From: an uncultured delta proteobacterium
Lineage (GTDB): Bacteria > Myxococcota > Myxococcia > SLRQ01
Length of the DNA stretch: 64,000 bases
Direction: 5' to 3'
Assembly (NCBI GenBank): GCA_963727485.1
Contig: CAVSGM010000011.1
Span: forward strand, 736,001-800,000
The notes beneath the pieces are model-generated. The model ran no database searches. It was given only the letters and a program-made list of their open reading frames with translations, and was not told the DNA's origin. Made by a program: the position numbers and the translations under genes. This document shows positions 1-12,566 of the stretch, one piece after another (positions within the stretch are counted from its first letter, which is position 1; every line of letters starts with the position of its first letter).

Positions 1-662
1 GCGCCCAGGATCAGCAGCGGCACGGTGCGCGGCAGGTAGAAAAGCGCGTTGTCCACCGGGTGGGTGCGGATGGCCTTGAGCCCGGTGACCTCGGTGATCA
101 CGTGGTGGGTGCTGTGGAAGCCCCAGAGGACCTCCACGTGGTGGGCGGCGAAGTGGTAGCCCCAGGAGAAGAGCTCCACGATGAGGAAGGCCAGCAGCAC
201 CTTCACCGCGAAGGGCAGGTGGCTGGGCCAGAGCGCGCGGGTGGCGTCGAGCCCGTGGCCCAGGTGACCCACCCAGCGGGCCGTGCGCACCGCCAGGAAG
301 CCGGTGAGCAGCCCGTTCAGCAGGGTGACGATGGTCAGGTAGAAGAGATCGCGGCCCAGGCGGTCGAGGCCGCGCACCGGGTCCTTGGCCACGTTGTAGT
401 TCCAGTCCGGATTGGCCGGGTAGAGCTGCTCGGCGATCCAGATGAGGGCCATGGAGGCCAGGAGCGCCACGGTCATGAAGCCCACGCCCCAGTTGGCGCG
501 CTCGAGGTAGGCGTCGACCTTCGGGTGGAAGATCCAGGAGACCACCGAGAGGGCCAGCAGCGCCGGGACGAAGAGCACCCGGAAGACCGCGTGGCCTGGC
601 GTGGGACGCCGGACCGGCTGGGGCGGCGGCTGGGAGAGCATCGCGAGGATCGGGTCGTCCAC
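1..662 (-). CDS. Sterol desaturase / fatty acid hydroxylase family membrane protein (runs off window edge)
   Basis: Own translation: TM segments then His boxes YHFAAHH, FHSTHH, IRTHP; GTG start at 662. Confidence 0.8.
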   Translation of the reverse strand, partial: MDDPILAMLSQPPPQPVRRPTPGHAVFRVLFVPALLALSVVSWIFHPKVDAYLERANWGVGFMTVALLASMALIWIAEQLYPANPDWNYNVAKDPVRGLDRLGRDLFYLTIVTLLNGLLTGFLAVRTARWVGHLGHGLDATRALWPSHLPFAVKVLLAFLIVELFSWGYHFAAHHVEVLWGFHSTHHVITEVTGLKAIRTHPVDNALFYLPRTVPLLILG

Positions 663-774
663 GGGCCGATGATAGCCGGTTCTTGCGCAGGCGCTGGTGC
701 GCAGCACCCGGCCCAGCCGCTCGCGGCCCCGCGCCGGCGCACCAGACGCTTGAGCCCGCCGAACTCGGGCGTCT

Positions 775-904
775 TGGAACCCTGCGAGCCGTCGGAGACC
801 CCCACTTTGGGACGTAGGCCTTGGGGAGCCCCTGGGCAGGTCCGACAAGGACCGATCTGTCGACCAGCCTTGCCCGAAACGGCGTTTGTGATTCCTACAC
901 CTCC
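775..904. repeat. ~130 bp direct repeat, copy 1
   Basis: Shares GAGCCGTCGGnGACCCCCAC and GGAGCCCCTGGGCAGGTCCGACAAGGACCGATC...GTGATTCCTnCACCTCC with 1835-1970. Confidence 0.9.
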
Positions 905-1110
905 TGGATCGGGCTGATCCGGCGGTCAACCAGCCGCGGCACGGCCGCGGCCAGAATGTCCGGCTTGTCCGCCATCGAGAGCGAGTCGTCGATCATGAAC
1001 AGCAGGTCGATCTTGTCGACGGCTCTCTCCTTGACCGTGTCCACGAAGAGGTTCTTCGTGGTCGGGGTCGTCGGCGCGACCGGGCTATCGAGGCAGTCCG
1101 TGGCCCCCGA
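895..1110 (-). pseudogene. Fragment of a myxobacterial vWA-like lipoprotein, cut off at repeat copy 1
   Basis: CLDSPVAP...AVDKIDLLFMIDDSLSMADK (MIDAS-like DxSxS); no signal peptide, frame ends inside the repeat. Confidence 0.6.
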
Positions 1111-1787
1111 CAAGCTGGGCGGGTGGAGGATTGGTCTGACCTGGACCGACATCCACTCACCGGCACGACAGCCGGCGAGGCGAGCGGACGGACCATCTCA
1201 TGTTGCCGTTGCTTCGCAAGCCGCATGCCCGGCGAAGCCGACAGGTCTTCCACTGCAGCTCGCGCCTGGGTGCCAACCAGGTTGGCACCCAGCTCACCCG
1301 GGTTGGCCCCGGGTCGGACCGTGGCTAAGACGCCTTCGGGGCGCATCGCTGCGACCGCCTCGACCAGCTCCTCGGGGCGGTAGGACGGCGCAAGCGAAGC
1401 CAGCCAGGCGGCGCCCTCATCGACCCGCGCGAACACCTTCACGGGAAAGCTAGGGCGTGCCAGCAGCGACATACTGGTCATGACGCCGCGCATTGCCGCT
1501 GCCATGAAGCCCTCACCTTCACTCACGAAAGCGCAGCCGACCGCGCCCTCCATCTTGGTGCCGAGCTCCGTCAGAATCGTTCGCGCCTCGCCCTCGGGCG
1601 GCTTCCCGCCGGCTTCCACCACGATGAGGAGCGCGCGCTCCGAGCCCTCCGGCAGCTCCCGCGCCTTCAGCCTCGCCAACCTCGCAGCGGTCAGCGGGAC
1701 CTTGGTTCGCCAGAGTTGAATCTGGACACCGCCGAACCGCGCCAGGCAGTGGTCGGGAGCCTTCGACAAGACGAGCAGCTGATTCAT
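993..1787 (-). CDS. Hypothetical STAS/SpoIIAA-like protein of myxobacterial type; C-terminal part after ~1330 looks like read-through
   Basis: ATG 1787 with purine-rich RBS; PPxxEAR, EGEGFMAAAMRG, PVKVFARVDEGAAWL pattern. Confidence 0.55.
   Translation of the reverse strand: MNQLLVLSKAPDHCLARFGGVQIQLWRTKVPLTAARLARLKARELPEGSERALLIVVEAGGKPPEGEARTILTELGTKMEGAVGCAFVSEGEGFMAAAMRGVMTSMSLLARPSFPVKVFARVDEGAAWLASLAPSYRPEELVEAVAAMRPEGVLATVRPGANPGELGANLVGTQARAAVEDLSASPGMRLAKQRQHEMVRPLASPAVVPVSGCRSRSDQSSTRPACRGPRTASIARSRRRPRPRRTSSWTRSRREPSTRSTCCS
1266..1292. repeat. Perfect 27 bp palindrome
   Basis: CTGGGTGCCAACC-A-GGTTGGCACCCAG. Confidence 0.9.
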
Positions 1788-1834
1788 CGAACCTTTCCAT
1801 GGGAGCGCCGGCTTCGCCGGGCGACGAAGGTTAC

Positions 1835-1970
1835 TGGGACCCGGGGAGCCGTCGGGGACCCCCACCTTACGATAGGAACCTAGGTTTCGGGGAGCCCCTG
1901 GGCAGGTCCGACAAGGACCGATCCGTCAACCAGGCTTGCTCGAAACGGCGCTTGTGATTCCTGCACCTCC
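1835..1970. repeat. ~135 bp direct repeat, copy 2
   Basis: Aligns by eye with 775-904, with a variable middle segment. Confidence 0.9.
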
Positions 1971-2113
1971 CCTTGGGTCTAGCACCGAGGGAGGATTGGC
2001 GCCCCCTGTGCGCCGCCCCGCGCGTGCCTAGCCTGCGCTCGGGGGAAGAGGCGTCCGATGCCAACCGGTACGTCGAGTCCGGCGGCAAGACGGGCACCGT
2101 GGCGCTGTTGTGA

Positions 2114-3254
2114 ATGACGATGGGGAGCGTGTCAAAGCAGAGAACGACGGGCATCGTGGTCGCCCTCGCTACGATGTTGGCGCTCCCGGCACCCGCCGGT
2201 TGCGGGCCTTCACGGGCGCAGCTCGAGGCGATCCGGTACGCACCCATCGAGCGCGCCGACTGGCAGACGGCGACGCCGGCGGAGGTCGGGCTGGACCCGC
2301 TGCGCGTGGCGCGCGCGTACTACGAGGCGCAGAAACGGGACACGCTCTTCGGCCTGCTCGTGGTCAAGAACGGTTCGCTCATCGCGGAGCGCTACTACAA
2401 CGGCGCCGACATCGACGAGCTGCACCGCCGCGCCTCGGTCACCAAGAGCTACACCTCGGCCCTCGCCGGCATCGCCATCGACCAGGGGCTGCTCCCCGGC
2501 CTCGATGCGAAGATGCTCGACTACTTCCCGGAGGTCACCGTCACCGACCCGCGGAAGGACGCCATCACCCTTCGTGACATGCTCCGGATGCAGGCCGGCT
2601 ACCCCTGGGAGGAGGAGAACGACCAGGCGTGGGACATCCTGTTCTCCGGCGACTACCTCGAGGCCGTCGAGGATCTCCCCCAGCGCCGACCCCGGCACGA
2701 AGTTCCAGTACAGCAGCCTGACGGCGCACTGGGCCGGCATCGTCGTGGCGCGGAGCACCGGCCTCGACCTGATGAGCCTCGGCGACCGGTACCTCTTCGG
2801 GCCGCTCGGCGTGACGCCCGGCGAGAGCTGGAACCGGGACGTGGACGGCTACTACATCGGTGCCGGGGACATCCTCTTCACCGCCCGGGACATGGCCCGC
2901 TTCGGGCAGCTCTACCTGGACGGCGGCGCCTTCAAGGGCGAGCAGCTCGTCTCCACCGGCTGGGTGAGGGATTCGCTCGCGACCCATGTCGAGCATGCCT
3001 GGGGCGATATCGGCAGGTTCCACGATATCGGTTACGGCTACTACTGGTGGTCGGCGACGGCCGGCAAGCACCGGGTCAACTTCGCCTGGGGCCACGGCGG
3101 CAATCTCATCGTGCTGGTCCACGACCTCGACATGGTCGTCGTCGCCACCGCGGACTCGTTCTACGGGCCGGACCGCCACTTCGACTCCTGGCCCCACGAG
3201 AAGGCCAACATGGAGCTGGTGGCCAACTTCATCGCCTCGGTGCCGGCGGATTGA
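2114..3254 (+). CDS. Serine hydrolase, beta-lactamase/PBP family, exported; frameshift near 2680
   Basis: SVTK (SxxK) in ORF 2114; FQYSS and WGHGG in ORF 2505-3254; frames join near a C-run. Confidence 0.85.
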
Positions 3255-3381
3255 GCCGGGCCGTACCGTTCATGGCCGCCTGAAGGAACTCCGAACGAGG
3301 ATCGGCGGGCACCGGTTCCCGTGGCCGCCCGGGTGCGCTAGACTCGGGAGACGCATCCGGGGAGACGCGGCGAGGGAGGCC

Positions 3382-3621
3382 ATGGCCCAGGAGAAGAAGC
3401 TCTGGTTCCACCGGGTGACGTCCAGGCTCTGGCTGCCCATCTCCTGGGAGGGCTTGGTGGTCATGGGCGGCGTGATCGGCGGCTTGTTCGGCATCCTGCG
3501 CCTCAACGGCATCCAGAGGAACACGCCCGTCACCTCGACCCACTTCTGGCCGGTGCTGCTGGAGGTGCTCGTTCTGATCGTGGCCTTCTTCTGGCTGACC
3601 CGCGGCCGGGTCAGGAAGTGA
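3382..3621 (+). CDS. Small two-TM hypothetical protein
   Basis: GGAGG RBS; KLWF...PISWEG followed by two hydrophobic helices. Confidence 0.65.
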   Translation: MAQEKKLWFHRVTSRLWLPISWEGLVVMGGVIGGLFGILRLNGIQRNTPVTSTHFWPVLLEVLVLIVAFFWLTRGRVRK

Positions 3622-3743
3622 AGACACCGGCAGTCCTCGGCGTGCTGAACCGCGGCAATCGGTCTCAGGTCCCCGTTCCACGATAGGCCGCAGGTCGTGG
3701 AGCCCCACCGGACACGCGAGCCCGGGCGAGGATGGTGCGAGGG

Positions 3744-3768
3744 TGTCCAGCAAACCGGGGCAAGCCCA
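3744..3768 (-). mobile_element. Possible isolated IS3-family terminal inverted repeat
   Basis: TGGGCTTGCCCCGGTTTGCTGGACA resembles the TG...TGCCCC...TGGACA IS3-type end; no transposase nearby. Confidence 0.35.
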
Positions 3769-3916
3769 CAGGTGTCCCCGACCAGGCCGTGGTCGGGCGG
3801 CTCCGGGCCCTCCGGCCACCGGGCCGAGGGTACGCTGGCCCCTTGGCGTGAGCGCGGGGCCACACGGCCGTCGCTTTGCCATGGCGTCCGGTGCCCCCGG
3901 TCGCTTATATGGGCGC

Positions 3917-5811
<1,895 letters not shown>

Positions 5812-5830
<19 letters not shown>

Positions 5831-8728
5831 GCCGGCGCCGCGTCGAGGATCGCCCCCAGGCGCCTGACCAGCACCTCCCGGCTCACCGGCTTGGCGAGGA
5901 AGTCCCGGGCGCCGAGGGTCCGGGCCCGGGCCTGGTGCCGCGGTCCCGCGCGCGACGAGAGCACCACCGCCGGCACGTCCCGGAGCCGCTCGTCCTCCTG
6001 CATCCGGGCCAGCAGCTCCAGCCCGTGGAGCCTCGGCATCTCCAGGTCCGTGAGCACCAGGTCGAAGCGGTCGACCTGGAGGCGGTCGAGGGCCACCTGC
6101 CCGTCGGCGGCGACCTCCACCTCGTAGCCGGCGCTCCGGAGCAGGCGCCCGAGGTGGGTGCGCACCGACATGGAGTCGTCGACCACCAGGATCCGCGGCT
6201 GGGCGGGGTGGGGGGCCTCGGCGGGCTCGGTGGCGGCCACCGGCCTCGCGCCCATGGCCACCGAGAGGAGGTAGGAGACGTCGAGGACCAGGCGCACCCG
6301 GCCGTCGCCGCCGACCACCGCCCCGGCGTAGAGGGGCAGCGGCGCCAGGATCGGCCCCAGGCTCCGGACCACGCCCTCCTCCCGGGCGAGGATCCGCTCC
6401 ACCGAGAGGGCGGCGTTGCGGCCGCCGTGGCCGACGATGACCATCAGCCGCCGGCGGCTCGCCGACTCGGGGTCGGTGGGGGCGGCGCCGAAGAGGTCCT
6501 CGAGGCGCGTCACCCGCAGGGACTCCCCGCGCCAGGCGAGGCGGCGGCCCTCGCCGAGCTGGCCGTCGACCACCAGGGTCTCGCGCACCGCGGCCAGCGG
6601 GAGGGCCATCACCTGACCGGCGCCGGCGACGGTGAGGATGGGCAGGATCGCCATGGTGGTGGGCAGCCGCGCGGAGAAGAGGGTGCCCCCCGCGTCGCCC
6701 CCGGAGACCGAGAGCACCCCGCCGAGGCGCGCCACCGCGGTGGCGACCACGTCCAGGCCCACCCCCCGGCCGGCCATGGCGTCGGCGGCCTCGCGGGTGG
6801 AGAAGCCCGGGGTGAAGATGACCTCGACCACCTGGGCGTCGGGGGTGGCGACCGCCTGGGCCTCGGTGAGGATGCCCCGGGCCACCGCGGCGCGGCGCAG
6901 GCCCTCGGGGTCCAGGCCCCGGCCGTCGTCCTCGACCTCGACCACCACGTCGTGGCCCTCCTCCCGGGCCCGGAGGACCAGGCGCCCGGCGGCGGGCTTG
7001 CCGGCGGCGAGGCGCTCGGCCGGCGGCTCGATGCCGTGGGTGACCGCGTTGCGCACCAGGTGGACCAGGGGGTCGGCGACCGCCTCGACCACCGCCCGGT
7101 CGACCTCGGCGGCGCTGGCCTCGACCACCACCTCGACCTCCTTGCCCTCGTCCCGGGCCCAGTCGGCGGCGGGGTGGACGAAGCGGCGGAAGAGGCTCTC
7201 CAGGGGAACGAAGCGCGCCCGGAGCAGGCCCTCCTGGAGGCGGCTGGAGACCTCGGCGACGTCGTCGACCTCGGTGGCCAGGGAGTCGGCGAGGCGCGCC
7301 AGGCTCCCCACCGCCTCGCCGAGGTGGAAGTCGAGAATCGGCGAGGTCCCGGGCCAGGCGGTCGATGTCGTCGCCGCCGTCGAGGGCGAGGTCGCCGTCG
7401 GTGGCCGGGGCGAGCATCGGGCGCACCAGGGCGAAGCGCTCCAGGCGGCCCGAGAGGTCCCGGCGCCGGCGATCCACCAGGCGGAGGGTCTCGTTGAACC
7501 GCTTGCGGGTGTCGGCGGAGCGGCCCCGGGCGGCGAGGAGATCGCCGGCGTGGCGCATCAGGCCGTCGAGGCGGGCCAGCGAGACCCGGACGCTCCGCGC
7601 GGCGGCGGGGGCCGCGGGCTCGCCGCCCGCGGGGCGGGGTGGGGCGGCGCCGGCCTGGACCAGGCTCCAGAGGTGGGTGAGGGAGTCCCGGGCCGCCTCG
7701 AGGAGGCCGGCGTCCACCGCCCGGTCCCCGCCCGTGACCCCGGTGAACAGGTCCTCGAGGGCGTGGGCGGCGTCCATGATGTCCCGGAGGCCCACCGTCC
7801 CCGAGGCGCCCTTGAGGGTGTGGGTCGCCCGGAGGAGGCGGCGCACCGCGTCGGTGTCCGCCGGGTCGGAGGCCAGGGCCGAGAGGGCGGCGTCGACCTC
7901 GCCGAGGTGCTCCCTTGCCTCCTCGGCGAAGATGGCCTTGAGCTCGGTGTCCTCCTCCGGGGGCACCGGGCCCTCGGGATCCGGGACCTCGAGGGCGGCC
8001 TGGCCGGCCTCCACCTCGGCGACGAAGGCGCGCCCGGCGCCGTCGTCGGGGGCGACCGGGAGGACCTGGAGGAGGGCGGCGCCCCGGCGGGCGAGGGCCA
8101 GGGCGGCGTCGTCGGCGGGCTGGCGGCCGTCGGCGAGGGCGCCGAGGAGGGCGGCGAGGGCGTGGCCGAGGGCGGCGACGTCGTCGCGGCCGGCCTGGGC
8201 CGCGGCGCCCTCGAGGGCGACCACCCCCGGGCGGCAGGTGGCGGCGGCCTCCTGGCGGGGGGCCGGGCGCCTGGTGGTGGCCGCCGCGGCCAGCGCGGTC
8301 TCCACGGCCGCCGCCGCGGCCCCGGCCTCGGCGGCCAGGGCCTCGGCGAGGGCGGCGTCGGCGTGGCGCCGGGTCGGCGCCGGGCCGTGGCGGCCGACGA
8401 AGGCGGCATGGATCGCCGCCCCGGGCTCGTCGCGGCCGGCGGCGACCTCGGCCAGCGCCGCCTCGAGGGCCGCGACCCCGGCGGCGGCGACCTCGGCCCC
8501 GGCCTCGGGCATCCGCTGCTCCAGGTCCGCGGCGAGGCCATGGAGGGCACCGAGGCCCATCATCCCCGAGACGCCCTTGAGGGTGTGGAGGGCGGCGCCG
8601 AGGGCCTCGGGGTCGGCGGCGGCGGCGTCGCCGGCGGCCCGGCGGCGGAGGACCTGGCGCACCGTGTCGAGGTAGCCCCGGGCCTCCTCGACGAAGCCCT
8701 CGAGGAGCTCGCGGTCGGCGTCGTCCAT
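5812..8728 (-). CDS. Hybrid CheA/ChpA-like kinase (multiple Hpt, HATPase, CheW, REC); frameshift ~7337
   Basis: LHTLKG and THTLKG Hpt motifs, HLVRNAVTHG, DDGRG, GRGVGLD, C-terminal REC (VVDDS, DLEMP, KP). Confidence 0.9.
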
Positions 8729-8733
8729 GGGCG

Positions 8734-11076
8734 TCAGCCGACCTTCTCGGAGCCCGCCGGGGGGGCGTCGCCGTCGTCCCCGGGGGCCGGGGTCGTGGCT
8801 TCCGCGTCCCCGGCGGCCTCCGCGTCGGCCTCGTCCCCGGCCAGCGCCGAGACCGACGCCCGGAGCTCCGCCCGCTGCTCCAGGAGCGCCCGGGTCACCT
8901 GCTCGCCCACCGGCTCGGCCACCTGGAACCGCTCCATGGCCCCGGCGAGCCCCCGGCTCTGGGCCTGGAGGTCGTCGACGGCCTGGGTGGTGAGGCGCAC
9001 CTCCTCGGCGGTCTCCGAGGCGACCCGGCGGATCTCCTCGATGGCGTCGGCGAGGCGCCCGGCGCCCTCGGCCTCGGCCGCCGCCGCGGCGTGGATCCCC
9101 TCGATGAGGCCGGTGGCCGACTGGACCACGGTCTGGATGTCCGCGAGCGCCCGGCCGGCGTCGTCGGCGAGGTGCACCCCGGCCTCGACCCGCCCCCGGA
9201 CCTCGTCCATGGCGGTCATCGCCTCGCCGGCCCCGGCCTGGATGCCCTCGATGAGCCCGGAGATCTCCCCGGCGGCGGCGCTGGACCGCTCGGCGAGCCC
9301 CCGCACCGACTCGGCGACGATGCCGAAGCCCTTGCCCTGCTCCCCGGCCCGGGAGGCCTCGATGGCGGCGTTGAGGGCCAGCATGTTGGTCTGGGCGGCG
9401 AGGTCGTCGATGAGCTCGACGATGGTGTTGATCTCCAGGCTCTTGTCCCCGAGCTCCTTCATCCGCCGGGCGGCCCGGGCGGTGTCCTGGCGGATGGCGT
9501 GCATCCCCTCCACCGTGTCGCCCACCGCGCTGGCCCCCTGGGTGGCGGCGCGGGTGGCGTCCCGGGCGGCGTCGGCGGCGGAGCCCGCGGCCTCGGCCAC
9601 GGTGCGCATGGAGGTGGCGACCTCGAGGACGTGATCGGCGGCGGCGTCGAGGCGCCGGGACTGCTGGGCGGCGCCGGCGTCCACCCGCAGCTGGGCCGCG
9701 CGGATCGCCTCGGCGGCGCCGGTGACCTCCTGGCCGGCGCTGCGCACCTGGACGATGAGGCTGCCGATGGACTCGAGCATCAGGTTGAGCCCGTCGACCA
9801 CCGCCCCCAGGACGTCGTCGGTCACCTCGCCCCGGGCGGTGAGGTCGCCGTCGGTGGCGCGGCTCACCTGCTCGAGCAGCTCCATGATGTGGGCCTGGAG
9901 GCGCTTCTTGTCGGCGTCGGACTCGATGAGCCCGACGATGCGGTCGAGCATGTCGTTGACCGCGCGTCCCAGCTCCCCGAGCTCGCCGCCCACCTGCACC
10001 AGGATCCGGCTCTGGTAGTCCCCGGCGCTCACCCGCTCGGTGACCGTGACCACGTCGCGGATCGGCCGCACCACCTGGTGATCCACCACCGCGAGGGCGA
10101 TGGCCACCACCAGGAAGGCCAGGATGCCCCCGGCGAGGAGCCCGTCGGTGAGGAAGCGCTGGAGGCGCCGCCGGTGGGCCTGGAAGCTGGCCACGGTGCC
10201 GTCGATGGCCGAGAGGCTCCGGCCCACCTCCGCCTGGCTCTGGCGCAGGGCGGTGGGGATGTCGCCGAGCAGCGCGCTGGTGGCCTCGGTGAGCGAGGCG
10301 TTGACCGCCACCACCCACCGGGTGTCGTGGACCGGCGACACCAGCCAGATGCGCGTGTCCCGGCCCACCTGGGTGACGTTGGAGACCACCGGGGCCTCTC
10401 CGGCGTCGGCGTCCGCGTCGGCGTCCTTGAGGGCGTCCCCGGAGGCGGCCTTGGGGGCGGCGCCGGGCTTGGGCGCGTCGTCGGCGTCGCCCCCGGCGGC
10501 CGGCTGGGCCTTGGGGGCGGCGTCGCCGGTGAGGAACGGCGCCAGCTCCTCGGCGTGGGTGTCGAGGAGCTGGGCGAGGCCCTGGGGGAAGGGTGCGTGG
10601 CGCCGCTTCGCCGGGCCGATGACGATCCGACGGGCCTTGGGATCCACGAGCATCGCCCGGCCGTGGCCCGGGAGCTCGGCGAGGTGGATCATCCGCAGGG
10701 CCGGCATCGCCACCACCTGGGCCACGGTGCGGCCGCCGGCGGGGACCCCCTCGAGGACCTCCTCGCAGTGGTTGGCGAGGTCGCGGGTGCGCTCGATGAG
10801 CTGGACCCGGGTGACCTTCTGCACCGTGCCCCGGGCCTCGGCGACGGTCTGGGCGACCTCGTCGCGGCTCTGGGCCATGGCCCCGCGGGTGGCGGTCTGG
10901 ACCCCGCGCAGCTCCCGGCCGAGGTCGCCGATGTCCTGCACCAGCACCGGGTAGGCGAGGATGATGACGGTGGTGGGCACGAAGAAGACCAGCACCAGGA
11001 AGGCGGTGAGGATGAGGCGCACCCGGCTCACCCCTCCGAAGGCGCCCCCGGGGCTCCGGCGCCGCCGGCCGCTCAC
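8734..11076 (-). CDS. Methyl-accepting chemotaxis protein, PilJ-like
   Basis: 2 TM, HAMP domains, QTNMLALNAAIEASRAGEQGKGFGIVAESVRGLAE. Confidence 0.95.
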   Translation of the reverse strand: MSGRRRRSPGGAFGGVSRVRLILTAFLVLVFFVPTTVIILAYPVLVQDIGDLGRELRGVQTATRGAMAQSRDEVAQTVAEARGTVQKVTRVQLIERTRDLANHCEEVLEGVPAGGRTVAQVVAMPALRMIHLAELPGHGRAMLVDPKARRIVIGPAKRRHAPFPQGLAQLLDTHAEELAPFLTGDAAPKAQPAAGGDADDAPKPGAAPKAASGDALKDADADADAGEAPVVSNVTQVGRDTRIWLVSPVHDTRWVVAVNASLTEATSALLGDIPTALRQSQAEVGRSLSAIDGTVASFQAHRRRLQRFLTDGLLAGGILAFLVVAIALAVVDHQVVRPIRDVVTVTERVSAGDYQSRILVQVGGELGELGRAVNDMLDRIVGLIESDADKKRLQAHIMELLEQVSRATDGDLTARGEVTDDVLGAVVDGLNLMLESIGSLIVQVRSAGQEVTGAAEAIRAAQLRVDAGAAQQSRRLDAAADHVLEVATSMRTVAEAAGSAADAARDATRAATQGASAVGDTVEGMHAIRQDTARAARRMKELGDKSLEINTIVELIDDLAAQTNMLALNAAIEASRAGEQGKGFGIVAESVRGLAERSSAAAGEISGLIEGIQAGAGEAMTAMDEVRGRVEAGVHLADDAGRALADIQTVVQSATGLIEGIHAAAAAEAEGAGRLADAIEEIRRVASETAEEVRLTTQAVDDLQAQSRGLAGAMERFQVAEPVGEQVTRALLEQRAELRASVSALAGDEADAEAAGDAEATTPAPGDDGDAPPAGSEKVG

Positions 11077-11530
11077 GGCGCGCCCCCGGAGACGGTGGCG
11101 CCCTGGGCGGCCACCGCCTGGCGCCAGGTCTCGACCAGGACCCCGAGGTCCACCACGTGGACCGGGGTCCCCACGCCGTCGACCTCGTGGCGGGCGCGGA
11201 TCCAGGGGATGCGCGAGGTGGCCGGCGCCGCGGCGTCGGGGTCGAGCTCGCGGATCCCCAGGGCCTCGTCCACCGGCAGGGCGCAGGTGGTCCCGCCGTG
11301 CTCCACCAGGAGCAGGGCCTGGCCGGCGCGGACCGCGGCCCCCTGGCGGAACGGGTGGGGGAGGTGGACCACGGGGACCGCGGCGCCGCGCCGGTGGACC
11401 AGCCCGGCGACCACCGGGGGGGCGCCGGGGACGGGGGTCACCTCGTCGGCGGCGAAGAGCTCGAGGACCTCCGTCACCGGGAGGGCGAAGGTCTCACCGG
11501 CGGTGCTGAAGAGGCAGGTCCGCAGCTCAC
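11073..11530 (-). CDS. CheW/PilI-like adaptor; probable 1-nt deletion just after the GTG start
   Basis: FALPVTEVLE, TPVPGAPPVVAGLVHRRG, LPVD; GTG overlaps the upstream TGA. Confidence 0.85.
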
Positions 11531-11910
11531 CCCTCCTCGGCGGGCTCCCCGAGGAGGCGCCGGCACGCCGCGACCAGCGCCGGCGGCTCGAAGGGCTTGA
11601 CCAGGTACTCGTCGGCGCCCTGCCGCCGCCCCCAGAACTGGTCGGCGTCCTGGTCCTTGGAGGTGACGATGATGATGGGCATCTCGGCGTGGTCCGGGTC
11701 GGCCTTCAGCTCGCGGCACAGGGCGAAGCCGTTCTTCCCGGGCATCACCACGTCGAGGACCAGGAGGTCCGGGGACTCGGCGCGGACCACCCGCTCGGCC
11801 TCGTCGCCGTCGGCGGCGACGAGGAGGGTGTGACCCAGCGACGCCAGGGCGCGCTGGAAGATCCGGACCTCGGTCGGGGAGTCGTCGGCGATGAGGATCT
11901 TCTTGGGCAT
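11527..11910 (-). CDS. Single-domain response regulator, PilH-like
   Basis: ILIADDSPT, DVVMPGKNGF, TSKDQDADQFWGRRQGA, KP. Confidence 0.92.
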   Translation of the reverse strand: MPKKILIADDSPTEVRIFQRALASLGHTLLVAADGDEAERVVRAESPDLLVLDVVMPGKNGFALCRELKADPDHAEMPIIIVTSKDQDADQFWGRRQGADEYLVKPFEPPALVAACRRLLGEPAEEG

Positions 11911-11996
11911 CTCGACCCCGAAGCCTACCACCGCGCCCGGCGGGATTCACGAACCGGCGCATTGCCCGACGGCGCCCGGTCTGCGATGACCTTCGG

Positions 11997-12566
11997 GTGG
12001 GCCGGCTCACCATCCTCCTCGCGGTCGCGAGCTTCGGGGTCGCCGCCGGGGCGGCGTACCTCACGGGCCCGGGGTGGGTGACCTGCCTGGGGGTCCTGGG
12101 GGTGCTCCTGCCCCTGACCGCCCTCATGGCCACCGGCTGGCTCGCCCGCCGACGCTTCGCCGGGGTCTGGCCGGATCGCGCGTGGGTCCTGGCGCCTGGC
12201 GCCCTGGCCCTGGCGGTGGTGGGCGGCGTCCTCCTCGCCGCGGCGTTCCACCTCCCGGGCCCAAGCGCCACCCCGGTGTCCATCCCCGTCGCCGCCCTGG
12301 CCCTCGGGGGCAGCCGGATCGCGGGCCTGCTCGCCGCCCTGGCCTTCGGCGCCTACGCCCTCGGCGCCGAGGGGGTGCCGGTCCGGGTCCTCGGGGCCGG
12401 GGTCGCCCTCGCCGCCGTCCTCGGCGCCCAGCCGGTCCTCCGGCTCCACGGGCTCCCGGTGGTGGGCCCGGTGGGCCTGGCCCTGGCGGTGGCGCTGGTG
12501 GCCCTCGCCGGGTGGGTCAGGCGTCGATGGGGATCAGCCGGGCCTGGAAGTCCGGACCCGCGGTGA
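11997..12566 (+). CDS. Hypothetical multi-pass membrane protein
   Basis: About six hydrophobic segments, GC-rich third positions. Confidence 0.6.
   Translation: MGRLTILLAVASFGVAAGAAYLTGPGWVTCLGVLGVLLPLTALMATGWLARRRFAGVWPDRAWVLAPGALALAVVGGVLLAAAFHLPGPSATPVSIPVAALALGGSRIAGLLAALAFGAYALGAEGVPVRVLGAGVALAAVLGAQPVLRLHGLPVVGPVGLALAVALVALAGWVRRRWGSAGPGSPDPR

Noticed and set aside
775..1970. Integron attC sites, group II intron domain V or cobalamin riboswitch
   Set aside because: No RYYYAAC/GTTRRRY ends and no integrase; only short chance matches (GAGCCG, GACCTGCC) without the required structure
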